Shown here: positions 13,517 to 24,887 of the stretch, piece after piece
Numbering within the stretch: the stretch's first letter is position 1
How the letters are laid out: the number at the start of each line of letters is the position of its first letter
Assembly (NCBI GenBank): GCA_051362555.1
Contig: CM120645.1
Coordinates: 19,654,001 to 19,718,000, forward strand
DNA: 64,000 nt
Source: Lingula anatina
Taxonomy: Eukaryota; Animalia; Brachiopoda
Reading direction: 5' to 3'
Position numbers and translations under genes: made by a program
Notes under the pieces: generated by a model
Told to the model about the DNA's origin: nothing
The model's input: the letters and a program-made list of their open reading frames with translations, nothing else
The model's database searches: none

Positions 13517-15602
13517 TCCTTTGAAGTGAAGGAAAACCAAAATCAAAGCGAAGTTAATTTTTTTAAACATTTGACTAAAATTATATGGCAGAATCAGGAG
13601 CATAGGCAGTTACTTTTAAAGAGTGGAAGGAGGGTTCAAAATAACGAGGGCGACAAAAATATTTGCTTGAAATTCAATATCGGTTGACTTAATGTTTTAA
13701 TGATTTATTTTAATTTTTAACATATAGCTTAAAGAGTTGATAGGCGCAGTGTCCTTCAGACAATGGAAGAAATATCTGCCAGGTGTTGAGCCAGAGATCC
13801 ATTGTATTACTGGGGAGATTTCCAGGCATATTTCTTAACTATTTTAATATTCCGGTGGTTTTCACTCATCTTTACGTTGACATAATAGCTGATTGATTTT
13901 AAAACTTGGCAGCGGATTCAGAATGCTTAAATAAAGTGTGAAAATGCTTTTCTGTGTACTTTTGCTTACAGAGATAAGAAAACGTGGAAAAGGGGTGCTC
14001 TAGTGGCGTTGAAGCCGTCCCTGTGTACAGTAGCAGATGATTCCACAATTTTGTTTGATTTTTTAGGTGCTTAAGATATCCAAGTTGGTGGAAATAAGTT
14101 TTAAACAGGTGACTGCAACATCATTTTATTTTAACTAGGCTTTATTTTAACAAGGCAGCAAAGCTGTCAAATGTACAGACAAAAAACAGAATAAAAAGAT
14201 GCAAAATAGGTCATTTTGTCAATTTTGATGCAATAATAAATAACGCTTATAATAGTCAGTCGACACTGATTTTTAATCATGCGCAACAGGTAACATGGTC
14301 AATAACAGGAGCAGATGCAGAGATATTTTCTGACAGTATTCCAAAGTATCTTTGTTGATCCATCCTCCATTTTGATGGTCTTCCAATAGAAACCCGTTAA
14401 TATAAACTTTAAAATCTGACTGTCTTCCAGGAGACCCAGAAGATGGTCTCAACCCACCCCTTCAATAAGATTACAGTTTTAGGACCATGAGAGTTAAAAT
14501 TCACATGATGAAAGTCCCAATATATGAAAAATGATGACAGTGCATAAAATAATATTACAGCGTGTATAAAGACATAAATACCAATACAACTGCTTATGTG
14601 GAAATACTGAAAATGTGCAGAGCCTCAGGTGGATGGGAGTTAAAAGTCACATCTTAAAAATGCCAGTGTTGGAGAAAAAATTAAAAAGAAAACAACAAAA
14701 ATATAATCCCAATGAAGTTGCTATTCACTGCTTCCTTATTACTATGTTATCTAGCAGAGAGCTTAACCTTTGGGAGTTTACAGGGAAATATCAACAAGTG
14801 TGCTTTATTAAATCTCATTTAATGGCCAATTGATTAGGCGAATGAGTTTATAGCACTGAACTTAGCCCAGTGAATACCCAAGGGGAATTTACATGTACCT
14901 GTGTATAATTATCATGTAGGTCCCTTGTTCAATTCACTAGTGTTTCCTCAATTATTAACACAGGTTATTTGGACTTAAGAGATACTGAATTTTCCTTGGT
15001 TGATATGCTACCAAATCACTATTTCGCTCCAATGTTTCAAAATTTCTCGGGAGAGTTCACCCAAACCACCAACCCCCCCCCCCCCCCGACCCTCCCACCC
15101 ACCCATCCTTGAGTAGGATAGGTCTTTAAAAGAGAGGAATTAAAATTTCAAAAAATTTATTTATCTTTTCTGTTATCAAGTTATCAAAACAATTTACAAC
15201 ATAGTAATTATCAAATTATACGTAGGCCTACATGATTATGTGATTTATAAAAATTGGCACTTATTCTCTGCACATACAAAAGAAACGTGGTTTTTATCAC
15301 TAAATTCTTTTTAAGTGTTTAAAAAATTAGCTTCAATTTTTGTCTTGGTGAAACTGTAAGAAAAACTTGAATTAGCATAATTCACTTCTTGATTTTTTTT
15401 CAAAATTTATTAAAACTGATGTTTATAGCAGATATTAAATAAATCGTTCTGAGCTGTTGTAGGCTAGAGTTAAAAAGTCGTCTATATATAATAATAAAGT
15501 GGATAGTTTGTTTCATGGAGTCGGCTGTAGAATGGGCTACTTCAAAATGAATCGTGGAACTTGAGAAAAGTATTGAAGCAGCCGGTGGTTTACAGCAGTC
15601 CT

Positions 15603-18600
15603 CTAACCATTGTCAACAATATTGCGGACGCTGCTGTTTGCTGTCAGAGGACCCATCTCAAGCTGTTCTTCCGCCAACACTTCCTGTCATGACGAAAAAC
15701 GCTGCATATAATTAGTCTGTTAACTATATATATATCTATATATGTTTACAGAAAATAAATTCCATCTTTTTTCATTAGATACATATAGGTTAGAGAGTCG
15801 TTAACTTATACATGTACAAATTGCTTGAAGTTCGTGAAGGTTCACAATAAGGAACCAGAGAGTAATTACTTTATAAGAAACGGTCAGTGTAATAAATCAA
15901 GGCTTTACCTGAGCAATGTCTAAAATGGGAGAGGTGACCACGTCGGTTGGGAAATTATTCACGTAATAGTCACACAGCCATCTGCATTTAAATAAATAAA
16001 CATAAAATTATAATAGATATATAGACAAATAAATATAGTGAATGGATGAAGAAAATAGATTAAATACAAAAATAATAATAAATAAAAAAATATAAATAAA
16101 TAAATGTCAGATCTGGCTTAAAAAGTTGTTAGCTATAGGGAGTATTGCAGGAAGAAAAAAACATTGATGAAATTCGTACCGATGACTTAAAAGGCCAGTC
16201 ATGCTGTCAATTCTTTGGTCCACTTCGCTGAAATAAAACAGAGAGAGATGGTTTGATCTGTGCTGACAGTTCAATATGAGACTAAGCAGGGACAATGGAA
16301 ACTGAAGACAAATGATGTCTACGAAGTTAACATGACTTATTTTGAAAAGTGCATTGTGTACTTTTGTGTCTTTAGACAGGCAAATGCTTACGAAGCTAGT
16401 GATGGAATTGTTCACGACATTTCATTTAATTATTCACTGCACATATTCATGTAGTTGTATGTCATGAAGTAGTATTGCCTACCATACTAATCTATCAATC
16501 AGATCCCTGAAGACATGTTCTGTATCTGTGTAGATGATGGTGCCTTGGAGGATTTTCATTCTGGCTTCTGCTCTGGTCGGCAATTCAGTCCAAAGTGGGT
16601 GTCTAAATAAATCGACCAAAATTTATTGCTGTCTTCCAACACTTCCTACTGTTCTAAAATTCTAAGGTATTTTTTAGAAAAAATTACTGGCTACATTCTA
16701 ATTTTCCAGTTCATACCACTAGCAACTCTAAAGAAGGGAGCCGTGTCATATTTCTATCAGAACTATTGGCATGAATAACAGTTCTGTCATGATTTACATA
16801 GCTGTATCCTTTTCATTACCTTCCCTCCATAAGTTCAAACAACATGACACCCAATGCGTAGAAATCGGCTCTCCACGAGGCGGCGCCACCCCTCAGCACC
16901 TCTGGTGTCATGTTTTTATAGAGTGTGAAGTTCATAAATTGCACCGCATCGATACTCTCTCCGGCATCATTTAGAGGGTGAACAGATCCTAGATCACACT
17001 GAAAGAAAATAATCCGCATTTGAAATTGGAATAAAAAAGGTAATGTTCTGGTTGCCAAAATGAAAGTGTTGATTACATCCAACATATTTTTATCAATCTA
17101 ATACAAAGCCATATTTTTATCAGTTATAAAATGATTTAATTCAAATTATGACAAATCGGTGACACATGAATAGTCATTTAAGGTACGTAAAGAAGCGAGT
17201 CTTAGCGAAAAGCGAGACGATATCCAAAATCAGGCCCGACCCACGAACATCAAGGCGAGAAGAGAAAAATAACCTGAAAAAATCGAACATCTTACCAGTT
17301 TTGGGACCCCGTGTAGACTAACCAACACGTTGTTCGTTTTTAAATCAAAATGGGCTACATTCCGTTGGTGCAAGTGCCCAATAGCCATACAGACGCACGT
17401 GGCAATATATTTCACCATCTGAAGAGGAACTTCGTCCCTAAGAAATAAATAAAAGCAACTGTCAGTCACCCTGAGCTTCAGAGATAACTTGACACTAACC
17501 TCTTCACTATAGCCTATCTTCATCGTGCCAAGTTACCTCTGACGAAAATAGTTTGACCTAGTTTATATAAGCCAATCGAATCCATGTTTCAAAATTTTTC
17601 ACCAAAGTTTGGTGAAAACGCTGATTGGTTGACCGTCAATCGGCAATCCTCGGCTGATTCCGCAAGCTCCATACTAACAACATAGTTATTGTCGAGTGCG
17701 GAGACATTCGAGTAGTTCCGAGTGCATAACCGTACACAAAGAAAGCATGGAGTATATCGGAATTGAAACCAGAGCAGTTTGATGCCCTGCATAATTATCT
17801 ACTGAGGGATGATGTATTTTGCGTGCTGCCCACAGGTTACGGCAAGTCCCTGATATTCAGCCTTATCTTTGATTGGTCCGGATTTGAACAAAGCGCGCTT
17901 TGACTCGTTCGCGTTCATTGGCTAGATCGTTCAATGAGTCATTGAGTGCGGGCTTTAAATTTGATTGGCGGGCGGCGGAGGCAATCGAATGTGGTCAGAG
18001 GTAACTTGACACGATGAAGATAGGCTATAGTGAAGAGGTTAGTGTCAAGTTATCTCTGAAGCTCAGGGTGCTGTCAGTATGATATTCAGGTCAATATTAA
18101 AGGAAATAATATTTTGTTGAATAACGAATTTCCTATGAAATAGATATTTTTTATGATCGTACAAGATAAAATCGGAAAAAAAAATGAAAGTATTATTTAA
18201 AGAAAAGAAAGTGATATAATTACTTACAGGAAAGTTTCCCAATACTCTTGGAGAATTTCAAGGTCCATCGGACACAATTCCGATAGTAGAACGGGAAACC
18301 CAGGCCTAACATCAAATGAGTGAACGAGTCTGGAACGGAAATTTCTCATATCAGAATAAGTTAAACTACATGTAAATCGGGTGAAAGAAATATTTTCAAT
18401 CTGGGCAGAGTAATTTCTCATTGTATGATAAATAATTGGACATGTGTGTTTCATAGGCATCCAAGCTTACAAATTAATCAACATATTAAATTGTTTGTAT
18501 TCATCTGATAAAATACCTTAAGATAAATTTGCTGTCTATCCTCTTCATAAAAGAAACTTCCCTGTAGATGGACCTTGCATAGGCCTCAGAGGTAGGCACC

Positions 18601-20235
18601 TTCAATGCTAGGTTGTTTTTAAACTAAATATAAAATATTTTGAACGGTTACTGGGAATTCACATCCGTAAACAATAAAAGCAAAAATAAACTGGTAACAT
18701 TACAACAGGATTAAACACATTAAACATATCTTGTTCTTCTGCTACTACTTTCAAATCTAAAACTATAATTACTGTCATGACTGTGTATTTATGCTACTAC
18801 TATTGTTACTCCCGCTATCCCACTTTAGTTTGTTTGTCATGATAAGTTCAATACCTTGTACACTGAACCGAATCCTCCACCTCCCAAAATCGGAAGCATC
18901 GTGTCTTCCTTCCAAAAAAGGGCCCGAACCTTAAACATTGAAGAAAGGGAAATTGATAAAAAGTGTACCTAATATTGAAATAGATACTTAAAGACAGTCT
19001 CAGCGCGTTAAACTCTTAAAATAGCACGAAAATGAATTTTCCTGGAAATCTCACCAATTTCCCCATAATGACCAAGGTATATCCTATCCAAAACCGTTGA
19101 GAAAATGAACCTACCTAATACCGTTTTTAAGTTCCATTAAATAATAAAAGACGACTCGTCTTAAATACTCAGCTACCACCTCACAGTACGGCTTCAGAAC
19201 GCGCAATTTCTCGCTAAGTCTCGCGGTTTACTATGAATGAAGTACTACGGCTGAGACCCGGATGTTACTATTTGGCGCCAAAACAGCAAACATGGCTCAG
19301 ACGCGCGTCAAGTCTGAAGAGGAGAGCGACAAAAGGGGACGAAAGAAAATAGCCACTCCAGTTCGAAAGATACGAAAGAAAATTAGAGACAGACGAAGAA
19401 GCACTCAGACTGTGTATGTTGGGAGGGAGGTGGGGCGGTGGAGGACACTTAAAGCTGAGTTAGGACTCACATACGAGGCAATGGCGAAACTACTCCTCGA
19501 CACGTGAGTATGCGCTTCACAGGTCTCAAGTGTGTCTGATTATCATATTATCCTGTTCACAATAAATGACAATATTTGTGCTCATACAAAGTTGGTTACG
19601 TGTATAAGAGCGTTTTGGGCTTTACGTTGTCTATTTTTGATCGGTACATGTACCGAAAAGATGGACAGGCGGCACTTACATGTCTGACAAGTTTCGCTGT
19701 GTAGTCGTGACGTCTATCTCATTCTGACTGAAGCCTGCTGTGATTGGTCGTAAGCGTGGGAAAATCGAGGTCGTGACCTTGAGCCGGAAGTACTTCTGGC
19801 TGTGCTCCGAAATCATGATAAATAGTTTTCGTTTTCTAATTCTTTATTCTAGTTGTCTTAACAGGACTTTTGTGACCCAGACTTATTAATATAATAATAA
19901 ACAATCTCACAAAACACAAATCTGATCAAAGCTTTACATAGAACCTGCTTCTATACATTAATCTAACCCACTGAGACTGTCTTTAAATAAAACGGCCCGT
20001 TTACTTTGAAAACTAAAGTTTAAAGACGCTTATTTTGATTAATAAGAAACAAAGTTATAAATATCTGTGCGGGGGTGAAGTACAGCTATATTGATACCAA
20101 CAGTTCAGTTTTTTATTTTTGTTCTGCTAAAAAGAAATATCTTACCTCGTTCTCGAGTCTGAATATTTCTCTGTGAAAAATGTACATGTAACTGTATTTC
20201 ATGCCTAAAAAGGCCAAATGCGACGCAACTATCAT
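15603..20235 (-). CDS. Protein kinase copy 3 (apparently intact; two intronic transposon insertions)
   Basis: All 10 exons are recognisable with GT-AG sites and the TG|C codon is retained. Insertions lie at 17467-18070 and 18992-19982. Confidence 0.85.
17467..18070. mobile_element. Non-autonomous DNA transposon, ~76-bp TIRs, 8-bp TSD, carrying a RecQ-helicase fragment
   Basis: TIR caccctgagcttcagagataacttgacac...; TSD ctgtcagt at 17459-17466 and 18071-18078; the empty site is visible in copies 1, 2 and 4. Internal 17760-17858 (+) translates ELKPEQFDALHNYLLRDDVFCVLPTGYGKSLIF. Confidence 0.93.
18992..19982 (+). mobile_element. Kolobok-like non-autonomous DNA transposon
   Basis: TTAA TSD (18988-18991, 19983-19986) and AG...CT termini with TIR agacagtctcag/ctgagactgtct; the empty site is seen in copies 1 and 2. 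It contains a basic ORF at 19262-19507 ending at a gtgagt donor. Confidence 0.85.
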
Positions 20236-21339
20236 TGCGTATCGTCTATTTTACTCAAAAGAAAATCGCTGTATTCACTTTGCTTGCGCGCAGCATATCT
20301 CCAATAGCTTTTGTGCTACCTGGTAACGTCAGCACGGGCCAATGACGTCACAATATGTTTTACCTTTTAAGGATATATATCTATCACGTGAAATACGCAT
20401 GCGCCCAAAAATGGGAAATGGGCGTTTTTTCATGCTAACAGTTAAAAGGTTGAAAGTAGGCCTAATTTGTAACTGCCCAAAGCAGCAACTGATTTTGATA
20501 AACGCAATATTCTATACCGACTTGTAACTTGCTTTCAGGTGAAATACTCTTTAAGTTGTGATTCGCGCGGTATAATAGTGAAAAAAAGAAAATGAATAAT
20601 GCTGGCTGCTCGATAAAAAATAGTCGTCTTGTAGGCCCTACAGATAATCGATCGTATTCATTTAAAACTAGAAGATAGTTCAATAGTTAATTAAACAAGG
20701 AATAGTAAAAGCCATGAAAAATAATAATAGCAATGCATTAACATAGACCTACATTGTACATTAATTGTAGGCCCTATAGATTCCTTGACAATCATATTTT
20801 AAGTAGCCTACAGAAATTTTGGAAAGTATTGCAACCGATTACAGAACGACAAGCAGATCAACTCCTTTATTTACTGTAGAAACTGCATACACGTCTGTTT
20901 TAATCACTGTCGCGAAAAACGACCGAAGAATGCCACGAAAAGAGATGGCGAGGGGAATTTATAAAACGGTGACAACTCATCAGCCAAAATAAGGATGACG
21001 TCCTGACGACCATTCATTGTGGAAAGTTTCATGCTTTTATCAACTGTTGCACAATTGTTAGATTTAGCCGCCTGACTTATCTGTCATCGTTTCCCCACTA
21101 ACTTGTCAGTACCGACATACCGATGTAGCAACCAATGCGTTCTAGTTGTGAAGTGAGACCCTTGCGGGTTCTCATGAGCCTTTTAGACCTACCACGTTTT
21201 TTAATTCTGATTCTGCGGGGTAAGGACTCTTGTCGGCTCCCGCAAATTTGATCAACCTACCAGCCTTTCCAATTCTGCTAGATTCTGTTTTGTTCTTTCT
21301 AAGCATTTGTTCTACTACATTTGTTCTACTACACTGTAG

Positions 21340-21549
21340 GTTCTGGTGGGTTCCCACAAGGCCGGACGCCAGAATCATCACAGAGTTGGGGGCCAGAACG
21401 GTATTGACGAAGAACGAATCGAGCACCTGGCCAAAGTTTGCCCGTTGAAGTACGTGGAGCTAGAGCCTGGTAAGGGTGTCCTAATCTAAACACAAATAAA
21501 TTCACCTTATTCACACCCACCCACCCACCCACAAACACACACACACAGG

Positions 21550-21583
<34 letters not shown>

Positions 21584-22748
21584 CACACACACGCATGCGC
21601 ACGCGTAGATTATGTCAAAATCGGTCGGAAACGATTCAGTTGGAATATTCAAACAGTACTTAAGTGCCAACTACCTCGTTTATTTCGGTCTTAACACTAA
21701 TGTAATTGACTTGACTTTTTTTTACATACATCGCCTATTTGGTCACTTTAACTGTACATGTGCTACTTGTGTATTAATTATTCGTAAAACCTTTTTAACA
21801 CAATGTCGCATGGTCGGTTTTACGCATTCAGATATCTGTCAAGAGACCAGGTTCGACAGACATAATAAAGCCCTTTTATTAAAGTAGTTAAAATTTAAAA
21901 ACAAACATTTATTTCATTTTTGTTTCTTTTGGGAATAAATAGATGTATGTTTTTGGAGCTTTTGAGGATAGCCTTGAATTAAGAAGCAGGTCGTCTATTG
22001 GGCAACTTAGTGAAATGCTGTTGTTTGAGAAATAAATGAGGAACCATAGTTATTTCCCTTACTCATATAGGAGATGCTTTGATCTTCAACGCCAACTTGA
22101 TCCATAAGAGCGACGCCAACAACAGTAACAAGCGGCGGTGGTCGTTCCTTGTTTCTTACAACACCAAGGAAAACAACCCGGTGTACGTTCATCATCATGC
22201 CCAGTATACGCCTTTAGATGTGGTACGTCAAGATATTCTGGTCTTTTTTATTTTTAATAAAAATAACCTGGAAAGATTTTGGATAGTTCACGAATATCAA
22301 ATCTATTTCATGCTCACAGTTCGCAAAAGCACTGTTCATTCATTTTAAAATTAAAATTTTTATTGAATTCAAATAGAATCCGAATACGCAAGATAACTTT
22401 ACCGTTTGTATATTCATGAGGACGGGTAGTAAAGTTACAGGTGTGGATTTGAGGGTTGCACCTGTTTAACTGCTAATTCAAATTAACAAAAAAAATTTAT
22501 GGTAAGAATTCAATTGTTCTTAGAGAGGCAGAAAGAGGCAATGACTCTTTGACACTCCATGACTGACTCGTGATTGACAAACCTTTTTAACTAACATCAT
22601 TTCTATGTTGTAGGTTCCTAATTCCGCCATTAAAGCCTGCACTAACTTCACAGACATGACGGGGAAGGAATTTCTGGACCCGTCCATTGACAAGACTGTC
22701 ATCGCCGATAAAACTAACCCTGTGAAAATACCAAAGACTAGCGAATAA
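21340..22748 (+). CDS. PhyH-family dioxygenase last three exons, copy 3
   Basis: Same three exons, open frame, canonical splice sites, stop at 22746-22748. Confidence 0.78.
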
Positions 22749-24887
22749 TCCTTTGAAGTAAAACCTTTGAAGGAAAACCAAAATCAAAGCGAAGTTAATT
22801 TTTTTAAACATTTGACTAGAATTATTTACCAGAATCGGGAGCATAGGCAGCAACTTTTTAAGGGAGGAGGGAGGGCTCAAAATAACGAGGGGGGGGGGGC
22901 AAAAAATATGTGCTTGAAATTCGATATCGGTTGACGTAATGTTTTAATGATTTATTTTAATTTTTAACATTTAGCTTAAAGAGTTGAGAGATGCACAGTG
23001 TCCTTCAGATAATGGAAAAAATCTCTGCCAGGTTTTGAACCAGAGATCCATTGTGTTACTGCCAGGGGAGATTTCCAGTCATATATCTTAACTATTTTAA
23101 TATTCTGGTGGTATTCACTCATCTTTACGTTGAAATAATAGCTGACTGATTTCAAAAATTGGAAGCTGGTTCAGAATGCTTAAATAAAGATATTACAAAA
23201 GTTTGAAAATGCTTTTCTGTGTTCTTTTGCTTAAAGCAAATGTGACAACGTGGAAAAAGGGTTTCTTTATGGGCGTTGAAGCCATCCCTGTGTAGAAGAT
23301 GATACCTCAGTTTTGTTTGATTTTACGGGTGTTTAAGATATCCAAATTGGTGGCAATAAGCTTTAAAACAGGAGACTGTAAAAACGAGACATGTATGAAA
23401 TTATGCTGATCTGAGTAAAGAAATATGCCAATGTAGACAGCAGCAAGTCACGTCTGGCTCGGTGGGGCAGAAGGAATGTATCTAAATAAGGATCCGGAGC
23501 CAGTTGCCCAGGGATGCCACTTTGATTCCGACTAAGAGCAGCAATTAGTGTTTGGTAGGTAGTTATGCATCTGCGTGAATGATGGAGGGTTGACGCATCA
23601 GTGCTGCCCTCTACCAGGGCGACAGATTGATTTTCCACAGATATGTCTCTAAGTAAATAGACAAGTCATTTTGGTCTGATGTCGCTTCAGCCAAAAATGT
23701 CCACAATAATAACTGCGGCCCTGGTAGAGGGTACATCAATGCAAGGATGGAAATTGTGAATGAACAATCACAATTCAGAATGTGTTGAAGAACCGAGTTT
23801 TTTCACTACCGCAAATCACAACTACAAATATTGGTTGTCGGTAAGAAGCCCAGATACTGCACCATGACTAAAAAACAGATTCCCTTCCTTTTTAGGCCAG
23901 AAATAGCTTTTGGTCCCAACCCTCCAAATCAGCAAAAGAGTAAAACTTGATTTTTGATCAATTATGCAAAACCAGGGAACTGGGAACGTTGAAACTGATA
24001 CATTCTATTGTCCCCATTTCCTAAACTCTAAAGCATGTACGGATAAATCTAATTTATGTAACCTTAAAATTGACAGATATTGCAGTCTATTTAAATCTAT
24101 TCATGAATTCAATGTTTCAGATTCGACGTCTTGGAAATACAAGGAAACGTTTAATCGAAAACACTAATTTATCATAATTACATAACTAAAACCTGACAAT
24201 TGTTTAAATTTTCAATGCAACAGACTAAGTCACGTTTTGACTTTCAAATGTTCTGTTGAAAGCGGTTTTTATTGAAAGAAGCCAATTCGTTTGATAAAAT
24301 ATAACAATCACTGGATGGGTAGTCTAGATTTTTATTACTGAATCCTCAGTAGAAAATTGTCAAAATATAGACAGCAAACCTGATAAAAATCTTTTGAGAT
24401 ATGAAATTGAGTTTATTTAGATAAAATCACTTTCCATTTCTATCATTAAAAGATGCCTAAAAGAAAGTACTTAGGACTTAACTAAAAAACATCTTATCAT
24501 TCAATAGAACGTTAGCAGGTTATATACCTAAATGATATTTTTGAAAACAATGAAACTGTGACATTTCAGGTCCTATAATTGGTATATATTGATAAAATTA
24601 TAGTCTTTGTATACCTTGGACACTTGAATACGGAAATTTTGTTTCAAGTTTTACAAAAATTATTTTCATTTTACGAATGAGGCAATGTTAGTGCTGCCTG
24701 ATACAAAAAAAATGTTCCACAATTTTTTTGATGATAAACAATAATCTGAACTGACAAATTATTCAGTCTACTGTGTTGCGTTTGTAAAATCAACATTGCA
24801 TAACATAAGCAATTATTTCATCTGCTTAAACTTTCTGGAAACTGAAACAAGCTTTTTTTTGATAATGGCTCCTGTATATTATGTTCA

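Larger units (their letters stand above)
1..23378. repeat. Tandem segmental duplication array of kinase + PhyH 3'-exon units (~7.73 kb period; at least 3 units, continues left of window)
   Basis: The sequence taggctagagttaaaaagtcg recurs at 1, 7727 and 15460. ORFs repeat near-identically. Homology of unit 3 to units 1 and 2 ends near 23378 (aaacaggagactg vs aaacaggtgactg at ~6400-6412). Confidence 0.97.

Noticed and set aside
23600-23740. Short inverted repeat gccctctaccagggc/gccctggtagaggg (partial copy ~35880-35925)
   Set aside because: Probably a small MITE, but boundaries and TSD could not be fixed well enough to call.
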